NCBI GenBank assembly: GCA_027858225.1
Contig: JAQIDB010000073.1
Span: forward strand, 1-45,476
Source of the DNA: Candidatus Delongbacteria bacterium
GTDB taxonomy: Bacteria; UBA4055
Reading direction: 5' to 3'
DNA: 45,476 nucleotides
A program made the position numbers and the translations under genes. Every line of letters starts with the position of its first letter. Positions within the stretch are counted from its first letter, which is position 1. The notes below the pieces were generated by a model. The model had not been told where the DNA came from, did no database searches, and saw nothing but the letters and a program-made list of their open reading frames with translations. Below, one piece after another: positions 27,661-37,756 of the stretch.

Positions 27661-27685
27661 AGGTGATCTTCGGATCACCTTTTTT
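27661..27685 (+). terminator. Rho-independent terminator after argF
   Basis: aggtgatc-TTCG-gatcacct with cUUCGg tetraloop plus T-tract. Confidence 0.9.
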
Positions 27686-27766
27686 ATTTATAGAATTATT
27701 TAGATTGACAAAACACAAAATAAGTAGTACATATAATATTATTACGAAATATTTGAGGAGTTAAAA

Positions 27767-29869
27767 ATGAAATACCGTCTGCTAGTATTTTCTATGTTAG
27801 TGTTTCTTATAATACCATTATCAATTTTAAAATCCGAAACAAAAACACCTTATTCTGGTTCAGTAAGTTCTTCTTTTGATAAATCTAGTAATGGACATGG
27901 TTGGTATCAAGGTTATAATAGAAAGATATCATGGGATGCTGGTGGATCGATGCTTGGTTCAATTTATCGGAAATTAGATGATTCTACTGGTATCGGTACT
28001 ATTGGTGGAATGATCGGAGAATGGACAGGAAATGATCTAAATAGTTTTGCTCAAATAATTTATAACAAATCGGTATTTTGGGGAGAGAATCCAGAAGGAA
28101 GGTATCCATTTTCTTGCGGATTTATTAATGGTTATCATTTTGGGATATTTAATGATTTTTATACCTATGGGGCAGCTATGGATCCGGATTCTGCTCCCAT
28201 ATTCTCAGTTGTAGACGCAACATTAGGTTATGACAATTTTTCAGGATCTGTAGGAATAGTAAGAGATTCATTAGAATATTTTGTGCCAAATGCATGGCAG
28301 GGTACGGGAGATGTTGTTTATGATCTTGCAACAGGTTATTATTATTGGTCACAAGCATGGAATCAGAGTCTTCTTTCTGGGAGTGGGGCTGTAATAAGCA
28401 CTGTTGTTGGAAGATCAATGACACCTGCTGATGCATTAAGCTGGGAATGGAGTGATTACAGAGATCTTACTTTTGATTGCCTGGAACATACAAATGGTCT
28501 AACTTCAATAAATAAATTTTCATATTCTTATTGCAAAGACCTATACGGAAACGGTACCGGTTATGGTATTGCTCTTGCGATGGCTAATGATGTTGATGAT
28601 CATGTTGTATTAGAGGGTACGGGGAGTAGTGATAGTACAAATTCATTTTATGATCTTAATCAAAGAATAAGTTATATGTACACAACTAATTGGGGCGGAG
28701 ATGATACATCGGGCGATTGGTCACCTAACTGGGTCTATGATACATCTCATGGTGATAAAAGATTATTTCGAATAAATCCCGAAGATATTTTTGACTGGTA
28801 TGGTTCTACGAGTACTGTGGTTAATTTTTTTAATGATACTATTGAAATTGTTTTGGATGATCCGTATATATCTTGGAGTATTTCATCTGTGGCAACAGAA
28901 AATAATTATGTACATATATTGTTAAAGGTTTTTGGAGATGCAATTAATATAATGAGCTTGGATAAGGGGAATTATTACTGTTTAGCGAACAATGAGGATT
29001 TTATAGCCGGATATTATCATGTAAGAGGTTTAATTACTGAAACAGGGGTAGTCTGGAGTAAAGCAAATCTTGTTGCTTCATTAGTTGGTATGGACACCGA
29101 GGAAATTGAATATGGTAATACATTATCGATTGGCTATGCTGGTTATGGTCAAATCTATGCTACTTGGTTGGATAGACCGGTGATTAATCCAATGCTTAAC
29201 GAATTTCCTGATCCTAATACAAATTATTATGATGATGGTTACTTTTCATTTTCATGTGACGATGGAGATACTTGGGAGATACCTACTTCAGAAGAAGCTC
29301 CCGGTTATGGTCATATTGAAGTAGAATTTCCTGAAGATCCCGGACATATTTATAATTTATACTACGCTATGAATGTTACAAATACACAAACTCTTCATGA
29401 AGAAGGTTGGTCATGTTCATCCACCGGTAAAATAGAAAATGGGCAAATAGAAGTTTATACTGCACATCAGTATTATGATGTGGCAAATCCATTTGCTGAT
29501 AACATAGATAATTTTTACGATTATCAACAATTTTTACATGCTTGGAAGATCACTGGATCAATTTCTGATGGAACAGGTATTTCAGCTGAACATGTAAGTC
29601 TAGTTAATGACTTTGAATTAATGCAGAATTATCCAAATCCGTTTAATCCGAGTACAGAGATCAGATTTAAGATCCAAAATGATTCCAAAGTAAAGCTGAT
29701 CGTTTTTAATACAAAGGGTGAAACAGTAGTAAGATTAGTTGAGGGAAAACTTCAAAAAGGTCTTCACAAAGTTAAATTTGATGGGTCAAAGTTAAATTCT
29801 GGTGTTTACTTCTATCAGTTAAATGTGAACGGACTGAAGAACACAAAGAAAATGGTACTGGCAAAATAG
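27767..29869 (+). CDS. Secreted T9SS type A-like sorting domain protein; paralog of 20114-22321
   Basis: GAGGAG SD and signal peptide. Shares NGxGWYQGYNRKI, GDVVYDxATGYYYW, YMYTTNWGGD, GYAGYGQIYATWLD, TLHEEGW with the 20114 protein. C-terminal QNYPNPFNPST..KKMVLAK. Confidence 0.85.
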   Translation: MKYRLLVFSMLVFLIIPLSILKSETKTPYSGSVSSSFDKSSNGHGWYQGYNRKISWDAGGSMLGSIYRKLDDSTGIGTIGGMIGEWTGNDLNSFAQIIYNKSVFWGENPEGRYPFSCGFINGYHFGIFNDFYTYGAAMDPDSAPIFSVVDATLGYDNFSGSVGIVRDSLEYFVPNAWQGTGDVVYDLATGYYYWSQAWNQSLLSGSGAVISTVVGRSMTPADALSWEWSDYRDLTFDCLEHTNGLTSINKFSYSYCKDLYGNGTGYGIALAMANDVDDHVVLEGTGSSDSTNSFYDLNQRISYMYTTNWGGDDTSGDWSPNWVYDTSHGDKRLFRINPEDIFDWYGSTSTVVNFFNDTIEIVLDDPYISWSISSVATENNYVHILLKVFGDAINIMSLDKGNYYCLANNEDFIAGYYHVRGLITETGVVWSKANLVASLVGMDTEEIEYGNTLSIGYAGYGQIYATWLDRPVINPMLNEFPDPNTNYYDDGYFSFSCDDGDTWEIPTSEEAPGYGHIEVEFPEDPGHIYNLYYAMNVTNTQTLHEEGWSCSSTGKIENGQIEVYTAHQYYDVANPFADNIDNFYDYQQFLHAWKITGSISDGTGISAEHVSLVNDFELMQNYPNPFNPSTEIRFKIQNDSKVKLIVFNTKGETVVRLVEGKLQKGLHKVKFDGSKLNSGVYFYQLNVNGLKNTKKMVLAK

Positions 29870-29880
29870 ATTTTTTTAAG

Positions 29881-29909
29881 TTGATATAAATAGATATGAT
29901 TTCTATATT
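29881..29909 (+). promoter_or_regulatory. sigma70-like promoter for ychF
   Basis: TTGATA-17 nt-TATATT. Confidence 0.6.
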
Positions 29910-29938
29910 TACAGCTGAATTATAGCAAAGGAGAAAAT

Positions 29939-31042
29939 ATGGGTATCATGGCAGGGATCGTTGGGATCACAAACACAGGTAAAACTACGATTTTTAACGC
30001 AATAACCTCTTCAGAGGCAGAATCAACAAGCTATTCATTTTCTACGATTAAACCAAATATCGCGATAGTGGATGTTCCAGATAAAAGAGTTGATGAGATA
30101 TTTAAAAATATTACTTCGAATAAAAAAGTATATAATAATCTTGAAATTATGGATATCGCCGGTCTTGTGAAAGGATCTGCATCTGGTGAAGGTCTTGGAA
30201 ATAAATTTTTAGGTGACATAAAACAGGTAGATGCTATTTTACATGTTGTCAGATGTTTTGATGATGATAACATTGTTCATGTAGATGGTTCTGTAAATCC
30301 ATCCAGAGATATGGAAACTATAGATGCTGAGCTTATAATGAAAGACCTTGAGACCGTTGAGAATAGATTATCTAAAAATGACAAGTTGATTAAAACCAAA
30401 AATAAAGATGCTATTCTTTTGCAACCAATTTATGAAAGGTTGAACTCTGTAATGTCTGAGCTTGAACATCCCAGATCGTTAGGGCTTAACGAAGACGAAT
30501 TGGCATTAATAAGAGATATGAATCTTTTAACATTCAAACCGATGATCTTTGTATGTAACATATCGGAAGATGAATTGATGGAAGGAAAAGACTCTGAATA
30601 TACACTTGCTGTAAAAAAATATGCAGAAGAGAGAAACTACGGAGTTGTTACTATTTGTGGAAAAGTAGAATCTGAAATTGCATTGCTAGATGATGAAGAA
30701 AAGAGAGAGTTTTTAACGGATTACGGACTGGATGAACCAGGATTGAATATACTGTTACTAGAAACCTACTCTCTACTTGGATTAAGTACATTTCTTACAG
30801 AAGGTGAGATAGAAGTTAAGGCATGGAATATTATGAAAGGAATGACTGCACCACAAGCTGCTGGAGTTATCCATACTGATTTTGAGAAGAGATTTATTAA
30901 GGCTGATGTAATATCTTTCGATGACTTTGTCGAGAGTGGATTTGATAGAGCTGTTGCAAGACAAAATGGTAAGGCTCGTTTAGAAGGTAAGACCTACATC
31001 GTTCAAGATGGAGATGTAATTATATTTAGATTCGGGAAATAA
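29939..31042 (+). CDS. ychF: Obg-family ATPase YchF
   Basis: DIAGLVKGSASGEGLGNKFL, HVVRCF, APQAAGVIHTDFE, RLEGKTYIVQDGD. Confidence 0.95.
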   Translation: MGIMAGIVGITNTGKTTIFNAITSSEAESTSYSFSTIKPNIAIVDVPDKRVDEIFKNITSNKKVYNNLEIMDIAGLVKGSASGEGLGNKFLGDIKQVDAILHVVRCFDDDNIVHVDGSVNPSRDMETIDAELIMKDLETVENRLSKNDKLIKTKNKDAILLQPIYERLNSVMSELEHPRSLGLNEDELALIRDMNLLTFKPMIFVCNISEDELMEGKDSEYTLAVKKYAEERNYGVVTICGKVESEIALLDDEEKREFLTDYGLDEPGLNILLLETYSLLGLSTFLTEGEIEVKAWNIMKGMTAPQAAGVIHTDFEKRFIKADVISFDDFVESGFDRAVARQNGKARLEGKTYIVQDGDVIIFRFGK

Positions 31043-31077
31043 TATTTTTGCAAAAGCATTAAATAAAGGATGTTTAA

Positions 31078-31971
31078 ATGGAATTAACGGTAATACGACA
31101 TAAAACTGCAAAAGAGTTCTTTGAAGGGTTTTATCCTGAAGAGCAGGTTGGATCATATGCTTATCAATTAGAAAGAATGTTTGAGCAGGGATCTGCTGTT
31201 GAAGGAGATTATTTCTTAATAACTGAGAATGACAAACCATTACTATCACTTGAGATATATAGAAATAATACCCGCAGAATATTAGAAAAAATGCCAATAG
31301 TTGCAATTGGGATTGAAGTTAGCAATGAAGATTTCACAAAGGCTTTGACACTGATCTTCGATTATCTTAGTGAAGATATGATATATGGTTCAATTGATAA
31401 AGAATTAGAGATAGCGATTAGGGAAGATTATGAATTCTACAATGAACTTAAGAATGTAATTAAAGGATTTGGCTATAAAAGTATTTTAAAAGCCATTAAT
31501 TATACTTTAGATACAAAGGAAGAATATAGCCTGAAGATAGAAGATTTTACTTCAAAGAAATTCATAGACTACCAGATAGATGACAGATATGATCTATTGT
31601 CAATCAGTATAAATCAAGATCTTATTAGTAATTTGTCAGCAGAAAAATTATATATCGATTTTTTGGAAGAGGGATATCAAAGCGAAAACCTTTGGGAAGC
31701 AATATTCAGTAATGGCAAAATGATAGGCTATATCTTACCTGTCTTTAAGAATGGACTGAAAAATTCTATTGAGATGATCGATTATGGTTTGAAAAGTTCA
31801 GATGATATCATGCATAAGATTACGATCAATCGATTAGTAGAGATCGCAAAAAATAATGATGTAGAAGATCTTACCATAAATATTAATGATTCTGACACAC
31901 GATTTGTTAGCTTGGCAAAGAAGTTGAAGTTGGTCAAAAACTATATAACTGAAAAATTTTTAAAAGTATAG
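31078..31971 (+). CDS. Hypothetical protein, possibly degenerate tandem GNAT-like fold
   Basis: Long ORF with AAGGA SD. The C-terminal half has a GNAT-like pattern (GKMIGYIL..IDYGL..LTININDSD) but no clear acetyl-CoA motif. Confidence 0.45.
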   Translation: MELTVIRHKTAKEFFEGFYPEEQVGSYAYQLERMFEQGSAVEGDYFLITENDKPLLSLEIYRNNTRRILEKMPIVAIGIEVSNEDFTKALTLIFDYLSEDMIYGSIDKELEIAIREDYEFYNELKNVIKGFGYKSILKAINYTLDTKEEYSLKIEDFTSKKFIDYQIDDRYDLLSISINQDLISNLSAEKLYIDFLEEGYQSENLWEAIFSNGKMIGYILPVFKNGLKNSIEMIDYGLKSSDDIMHKITINRLVEIAKNNDVEDLTININDSDTRFVSLAKKLKLVKNYITEKFLKV

Positions 31972-31986
31972 AGCTTGGTGATACCT

Positions 31987-32577
31987 ATGGATAAAGAGAT
32001 ATTATTTTTTTTCAATCAAACCATCCACTCAGAACTACTTAATCCAGTATTTATATTTTTTTCAAGTAGAGTTGCAGCGTTACTCTTTTTGATATTTCCA
32101 CTTGCACTTTTAGTCAAAGGATACAGAGAAAAAGATAAAAATTTAGTAAAAAAAATATATATAATGCTGATAGCTACAGGTATTACTATCGCGTTAGCAG
32201 ATATTATTTCGAGTAGAATATTCAAACCTTTATTCCAAAGACCTAGACCTTGTCAGACGATATCAGATCTTTGGTTCTGGAAAAAGAAAAAAGATATTTG
32301 GATATTATCTGATGGTATAAAAAGCCTGAAAGGATCATATTCATTTGTTTCATCTCATGCTTCAAATTCAATGGGTGTAGCAGTTCTGTGGAGTATATTC
32401 TATAAAAGGTGGGCATGGTTGTTTCTCTCGATCGCGATCTTAGTAGGTGTTTCAAGAATGTATCTTGGAGTACATTACCCTTCAGATATTATCGGTGGAT
32501 TTGCTCTGGGTAGTTTTATCGCTATATTTTGCAAGTATTTGGTAGAAATCCTAAAGAAAAAATATATTAAAGGCTAA
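31987..32577 (+). CDS. PAP2 family phosphatase (undecaprenyl-diphosphate phosphatase-like)
   Basis: KxxxxRPRP, SFVSSH, SRMYLGVHYPSD motifs. ATG 31987 preferred over TTG 31975. Confidence 0.9.
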   Translation: MDKEILFFFNQTIHSELLNPVFIFFSSRVAALLFLIFPLALLVKGYREKDKNLVKKIYIMLIATGITIALADIISSRIFKPLFQRPRPCQTISDLWFWKKKKDIWILSDGIKSLKGSYSFVSSHASNSMGVAVLWSIFYKRWAWLFLSIAILVGVSRMYLGVHYPSDIIGGFALGSFIAIFCKYLVEILKKKYIKG

Positions 32578-32618
32578 AATAAGTTCTAATAACGATATTT
32601 GTTGTAATTTTTTTAATA

Positions 32619-32647
32619 TTGATTTTATATAGAGTGAATGGTATATT
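32619..32647 (+). promoter_or_regulatory. sigma70-like promoter for the receiver/SpoIID genes
   Basis: TTGATT-17 nt-TATATT with extended -10 TG. Confidence 0.6.
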
Positions 32648-32701
32648 AGCAAAGTAAAGCTCTAAGTGTCGTAAGGGTAATAGTTTAATAGAGGAAGTTT
32701 T

Positions 32702-33079
32702 ATGAGCAATCTTAAGATTCTAGTAGTTGATGATGAAGAAAATATGCTTAACATGTTAAAGAATTTTTTTCTGATAAACGAATATGATTGTAAAACTGCC
32801 ACAAATGGATTAGAAGCTTTAGAGATTTTGAAAACGGATAAGATCGATATTGTTATCACAGATATGAAAATGCCTGAAATGGATGGAATGGAACTTTTAA
32901 AGGTCATCAGGAAAAAGCATGAGGATATTTCAGCTGTAATCATGACAGGATTTGCAGAAGAATATACCCAAACTGAAGCTTTAAATCTTGGAGCAGAAGG
33001 TTATATTACAAAACCGTTTAGAAACAAAGAATTACTTTTAATACTCGATAGAATTCAAGAACTCAACCAATTCGAGTAA
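32702..33079 (+). CDS. Single-domain response regulator (receiver only)
   Basis: ILVVDDEE, phosphoacceptor ITDMKMPEMDG, MTG, YITKPF. Confidence 0.92.
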   Translation: MSNLKILVVDDEENMLNMLKNFFLINEYDCKTATNGLEALEILKTDKIDIVITDMKMPEMDGMELLKVIRKKHEDISAVIMTGFAEEYTQTEALNLGAEGYITKPFRNKELLLILDRIQELNQFE

Positions 33080-33109
33080 TTTTTTTCCATTTATGAATAA
33101 GGAACTCGA

Positions 33110-34543
33110 ATGGGTTTGTTTTATAGAATATTTTTAATATTTATTTTTATTTTTTTAAGCTGTACACCTATTACTCAAGAAAAAAATATTTCGATCAAAG
33201 AAACGATTAAAGAAAAGATCGCTATTGAACCAAAACAAAAGAAGATTATAGTTCCAAAGAAAACAATTGTAAAAAGTAGCAATAATGTTAGAGTTGGATT
33301 AGTTGAGAATGAAAAAAAAATAATATTTTCATTCAAAGGATCATACTCAATTTACAATGAACAAAAGATGATCTTTAAAAAGAAACAATCTACTGATACG
33401 TGGAAAGCATATTTAACGAAAGATAAAATTCTCTGTGTCGAAAATGTGAATTCAGGTGAGAAAGTTGCAGTAAATAATAAAATTATTTTCAAACCAGAGC
33501 AAATAGCTTCCTATATAAAGTTAGGTAAAATAAAATCTGGCAAAGGTTGGCATTGGGAGAATACCAAATCCCGATGTTACAAAGGAAGTATAGAATTTAT
33601 AAAATTCAAAGGTAAGATCACAGTTGTTAATGATGTTGGAGTAGAGCAGTATCTATATGGTGTTGTTCCTTCAGAGATGTCTGCATTATCACCATTTGAG
33701 GCTCTCAAGGCTCAAGCAGTACTTGCAAGGACAAATGTTTTTTCAGATCTGGGGAAAAAATATAAGAATAAACCTTATTCATTATATAGTGATGTTTATA
33801 GTCAGGTATATACCGGTATAAGTAAAACACACGAAAGAGCAAATAAAGCTGTAGATGAAACCAGAGGTATAATACTAAGGAATAACGGCAAACCAGTACA
33901 AGCATTGTTCCATTCTGTGTGCGGTGGACATTTGGAATCCAATGATGTTATTTGGAGCGGGAATAAACTTTCTTACCTGCCTTCAAAAGTTGATGGATCT
34001 AGTAATCTAGGAAAGTATAATGACCTTAGCAGTGAACGATTATTTAAAAAATGGATAGATTCAAGGCCAGATGCATATTGTAACATGGCAGATAAAAAAA
34101 TCAATAAAGCTCTGAATTATGCAAAAAAATACTTTCGGTGGACAAAAAAGTATTCACGAAAGAAACTAGAACAGATCATCAAAAAGAAAACCGGCAAGAA
34201 TTTTGGTACGCTCAAAGACATTAAGATTGTTAAAAGAGGTAAGTCCGGCAAAGCAATTTCACTGAAAGTGGTCGGTACTAAATCTACAGTTACGATAAAT
34301 AAAGAATTAAATATTAGAAAAAAGCTATCTAATCCGCCCCTTTACAGTGCTAACTTTTATGTGATCAAAAAGGGTGGGTATACTCCTTCTGAATTTATAT
34401 TTAAAGGTGCGGGTTTTGGACATGGTACAGGAATGTGTCAGATCGGGGCATGCGGTATGGCTTCACTTGGGAAAGATTTTAGGGAAATATTAGATTTCTA
34501 TTTCCCTAATACAAAGTTAAGTAGTATTGAAATGAATAAATAA
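33110..34543 (+). CDS. SpoIID/LytB domain lipoprotein (lytic transglycosylase-like)
   Basis: Lipobox FLS-C; EQYLYGVVPSEM, EALKAQAVLART, QVYTG, GFGHGTGMCQIGA. Confidence 0.9.
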   Translation: MGLFYRIFLIFIFIFLSCTPITQEKNISIKETIKEKIAIEPKQKKIIVPKKTIVKSSNNVRVGLVENEKKIIFSFKGSYSIYNEQKMIFKKKQSTDTWKAYLTKDKILCVENVNSGEKVAVNNKIIFKPEQIASYIKLGKIKSGKGWHWENTKSRCYKGSIEFIKFKGKITVVNDVGVEQYLYGVVPSEMSALSPFEALKAQAVLARTNVFSDLGKKYKNKPYSLYSDVYSQVYTGISKTHERANKAVDETRGIILRNNGKPVQALFHSVCGGHLESNDVIWSGNKLSYLPSKVDGSSNLGKYNDLSSERLFKKWIDSRPDAYCNMADKKINKALNYAKKYFRWTKKYSRKKLEQIIKKKTGKNFGTLKDIKIVKRGKSGKAISLKVVGTKSTVTINKELNIRKKLSNPPLYSANFYVIKKGGYTPSEFIFKGAGFGHGTGMCQIGACGMASLGKDFREILDFYFPNTKLSSIEMNK

Positions 34544-34619
34544 ATTCTCATTTTCTTATAAAAATCTTTTAGTTTTAAAAAAAAGTAATCAAATATTCGA
34601 CTTTTAACTAAAAAAAAGA

Positions 34620-34648
34620 TTGACATTTAAATTTAATATTAGTATATT
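34620..34648 (+). promoter_or_regulatory. sigma70-like promoter of the str/S10/spc cluster
   Basis: TTGACA-17 nt-TATATT with an A-tract upstream. Confidence 0.75.
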
Positions 34649-34763
34649 CGTTGCTCTGCGTAAAAGCAGGCTTTCTGTGCTGTAAAAAACAGCGGGAATT
34701 CGTGCCTAAAAGCGGAAGGGAAAGAGAATAGTAAAAATAATATAGATTATTTGGAGAAATTTA

Positions 34764-35138
34764 ATGCCAACAATCAATCAGCTAATAAGGTTTGGCCGTA
34801 AAACGATCAAAAAGAAAACAAAATGTCCAGCATTGGATGCATGTCCGCAGAAGCGTGGAGTTTGTACTAAGATCACAACCTTAACACCAAAGAAACCTAA
34901 TTCTGCACTAAGAAAAGTTGCCAGAGTAAGATTGTCAAATTCTCAAGAAGTTTGGGCTTATATCCCTGGAGAAGGGCATAATTTACAAGAGCACGCAGTT
35001 GTATTAATCAGAGGTGGAAGAGTAAAAGACCTTCCTGGTGTGAGATATCACATTATTAGGGGTACTCAAGATACTGCAGGTGTTGAAGGAAGGACGCAGT
35101 CTCGTTCAAAATATGGTGCTAAAAGACCAAAAAAATAA
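34764..35138 (+). CDS. rpsL: 30S ribosomal protein S12
   Basis: [29 protein letters not shown]. Confidence 0.99.
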   Translation: MPTINQLIRFGRKTIKKKTKCPALDACPQKRGVCTKITTLTPKKPNSALRKVARVRLSNSQEVWAYIPGEGHNLQEHAVVLIRGGRVKDLPGVRYHIIRGTQDTAGVEGRTQSRSKYGAKRPKK

Positions 35139-35159
35139 AATTTGTAGGAAGAGGATATA

Positions 35160-35633
35160 ATGTCAAGAAGATCCAAAGCAATTAAAAGAACAATTTTACC
35201 TGATCCAGTTTATAAAGATCTCGTAATTGCAAAATTCATCAATAATATGATGAAATGTGGAAAGAAATCTATTTCGGAAAATAATTTCTACACTGCAATG
35301 GAGATCATTGAGCAAAAGGAAAAGGGTAAGAAAGGTAATGAAGTATTTAGACAAGCAGTTGAAAATGTAAAACCGGTTCTTGAGGTTAAGTCAAGAAGAA
35401 TTGGTGGTTCAAATGTTCAAGTACCTATTGAAATCAGATCTGAAAGAAAAGAAGCTTTAGCTATTAGATGGATTATCGCCAATTCAAGAAAAAGAGGTGG
35501 TAAGTCTATGGCTATCAAACTTGCAGATGAATTTATGGCAGCAGGTAAAAATGAAGGTGCTTCAGTAAAGAAAAAGGAAGATATGCATAAGATGGCAGAG
35601 GCTAACAAAGCTTTCGCTCATTTCAGGTGGTAA
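35160..35633 (+). CDS. rpsG: 30S ribosomal protein S7
   Basis: EVKSRRIGG, HKMAEANKAFAHFRW. Confidence 0.99.
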   Translation: MSRRSKAIKRTILPDPVYKDLVIAKFINNMMKCGKKSISENNFYTAMEIIEQKEKGKKGNEVFRQAVENVKPVLEVKSRRIGGSNVQVPIEIRSERKEALAIRWIIANSRKRGGKSMAIKLADEFMAAGKNEGASVKKKEDMHKMAEANKAFAHFRW

Positions 35634-35638
35634 TGTAA

Positions 35639-37705
35639 ATGGAATTAAGCAAGCTTAGAAATATTGGAATTATGGCGCACATTGATGCGGGTAAGACTAC
35701 AACTACCGAAAGAATATTGTATTATACCGGAAGATTGCACAAGATCGGAGAAGTGCATGATGGTACAGCTACAATGGACTGGATGGCGCAGGAACAGGAA
35801 AGAGGTATAACGATAACTTCAGCTGCTACAAGATGTGATTGGAAAGACCATACGATAAACATTATTGATACTCCTGGACATGTTGATTTTACTGTTGAAG
35901 TTGAAAGGTCTCTAAGAGTTTTAGATGGAGCAATCGCTTTATTCTGTGCAGTTGGCGGAGTTGAGCCTCAATCTGAGACGGTTTGGAGGCAAGCAGATAA
36001 ATATGAAGTACCAAGAATTGCATTTGTTAATAAAATGGATAGGACCGGTGCTGACTTTTATACTGTTCTTGCAATGGTAAGAGAAAGATTGGGTGCTAAT
36101 CCGATAGCATTGCAAATTCCTGTAGGTGCAGGTGAAATGTTTGCCGGTGTAATCGATTTAATAAATATGAAAGCTAGAATGTATAAGAAGGATGACGGTT
36201 TGGTTTTTGAGGAAATTGATATTCCTGAAGATTTGATCGATCTTGCTAAAGAGTACAGAGAGATAATGCTAGAAGCTATTTCTGATTATGATGATGAACT
36301 TATGGAATTATTTCTTGACGGTAAAGAAATTTCAGAAGTTAAAATAAAAGCAGCGATAAGAAAAGCGGCTTTAGATATAAAGATTATTCCAGTATTTTGC
36401 GGATCTGCTTTTAAGAACAAGGGTGTTCAGGGTTTGTTGGACGGAGTTCTAGACTATTTACCTTCTCCAATTGACACAGAACAATATCAAGGTTTAGATG
36501 ACAAGGGTGAGGATTTCGTTTATAGAAAACCTTCTCCTTTAGAACCATTTTCTGCTTACGCATTTAAGGTTATGACAGATCCATACGTTGGTAAGCTGAT
36601 ATTTTTGAGAGTTTATTCAGGAAAAGCCAAAGTGGGTGATGCAATATATAATACAAATGCTGAGAAGAAAGAAAGATTTGGCAGGATATTGCAAATGATG
36701 TCAAATAAAAGAGAAGAAAAACAATTTTGTCAAGCTGGGGATATTGTTGCAGTTGTTGGTCTTAAAAATACAAGGACCGGAGACACGTTGTGTGATGTTA
36801 AAAATAAAATCAGATTCGAAGTTCTTCGTTTTCCTGAACCTGTAGTTCACATAGCAATAGAGCCCAAAACAAAAGTTGATTCAGAAAAGTTAACTGATTC
36901 AATGATAAAATTGGCTGAAGAGGATCCAACTTTTGTAACTACTTACAATGAAGAAACAGGGCAAACGGTTATTTCAGGAATGGGTGAATTGCATTTGGAA
37001 ATAATTATTGATCGACTTAAAAGAGAGTTTATGGTCGAGGCAAATGTCGGTACTCCTCAAGTTGCATATAGAGAAAAATTAAAAAAAGAAGTTGATATAA
37101 ATTATAAACACTCTAAGCAATCCGGTGGAAAAGGGCAATATGCTCATGTTAAAATCAGAGTTCGTCCTGGGGAATCAAATAAGGGTTTAGTGTTTATAAA
37201 CAAAATAGTAGGTGGAAAAATTCCAAAGGAATATATTTCTTCAGTAGAGAAAGGAATAGAGGATGCAATGGTATCTGGTCCTATAGCGGGATATCCTATT
37301 ATGGATAGTGAAGTTGAACTTTATGATGGATCGTTTCATGCTGTGGATTCTTCGGAAATGGCTTTCAAGATCTGTGGAAGTTTGGCATTTAAGGAAGCAA
37401 CTAGAAAATCTGGAACTGTTTTGATGGAGCCAGTAATGAAGGTAGAAATTCATACACCTTTAGCTTATGTTGGTGCTATAACTGGCAACTTAGCTTCTCG
37501 TAGGGGAAGAGTTGAAGGATTAGAAATAAAAAACGATTTCCAAATTATTAGGGCATTAGTTCCATTGTCGGAAATGTTTGGGTATACAAGTCGATTAAGA
37601 AACTTGTCTCAAGGAAGAGCATCATCTTCAATGGAGTTTAAGGAATTCGTTGTTGTTCCCGAGGCGGAAATGAAAAAGATAATGAAAAAATTAGGTTATA
37701 CTTAA
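35639..37705 (+). CDS. fusA: Elongation factor G
   Basis: [45 protein letters not shown]. Confidence 0.99.
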   Translation: MELSKLRNIGIMAHIDAGKTTTTERILYYTGRLHKIGEVHDGTATMDWMAQEQERGITITSAATRCDWKDHTINIIDTPGHVDFTVEVERSLRVLDGAIALFCAVGGVEPQSETVWRQADKYEVPRIAFVNKMDRTGADFYTVLAMVRERLGANPIALQIPVGAGEMFAGVIDLINMKARMYKKDDGLVFEEIDIPEDLIDLAKEYREIMLEAISDYDDELMELFLDGKEISEVKIKAAIRKAALDIKIIPVFCGSAFKNKGVQGLLDGVLDYLPSPIDTEQYQGLDDKGEDFVYRKPSPLEPFSAYAFKVMTDPYVGKLIFLRVYSGKAKVGDAIYNTNAEKKERFGRILQMMSNKREEKQFCQAGDIVAVVGLKNTRTGDTLCDVKNKIRFEVLRFPEPVVHIAIEPKTKVDSEKLTDSMIKLAEEDPTFVTTYNEETGQTVISGMGELHLEIIIDRLKREFMVEANVGTPQVAYREKLKKEVDINYKHSKQSGGKGQYAHVKIRVRPGESNKGLVFINKIVGGKIPKEYISSVEKGIEDAMVSGPIAGYPIMDSEVELYDGSFHAVDSSEMAFKICGSLAFKEATRKSGTVLMEPVMKVEIHTPLAYVGAITGNLASRRGRVEGLEIKNDFQIIRALVPLSEMFGYTSRLRNLSQGRASSSMEFKEFVVVPEAEMKKIMKKLGYT

Positions 37706-37756
37706 TAAATAATTAATAATACAAAAGTATAAGTTTTTAAAGATGGAGGTATTTCG

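Noticed and set aside
27705-27737. Promoter for the 27767 gene (TTGACA...TATAAT)
   Set aside because: The perfect boxes are 21 nt apart, and at 17 nt the hexamer is TACATA. A promoter probably lies here but cannot be placed confidently.
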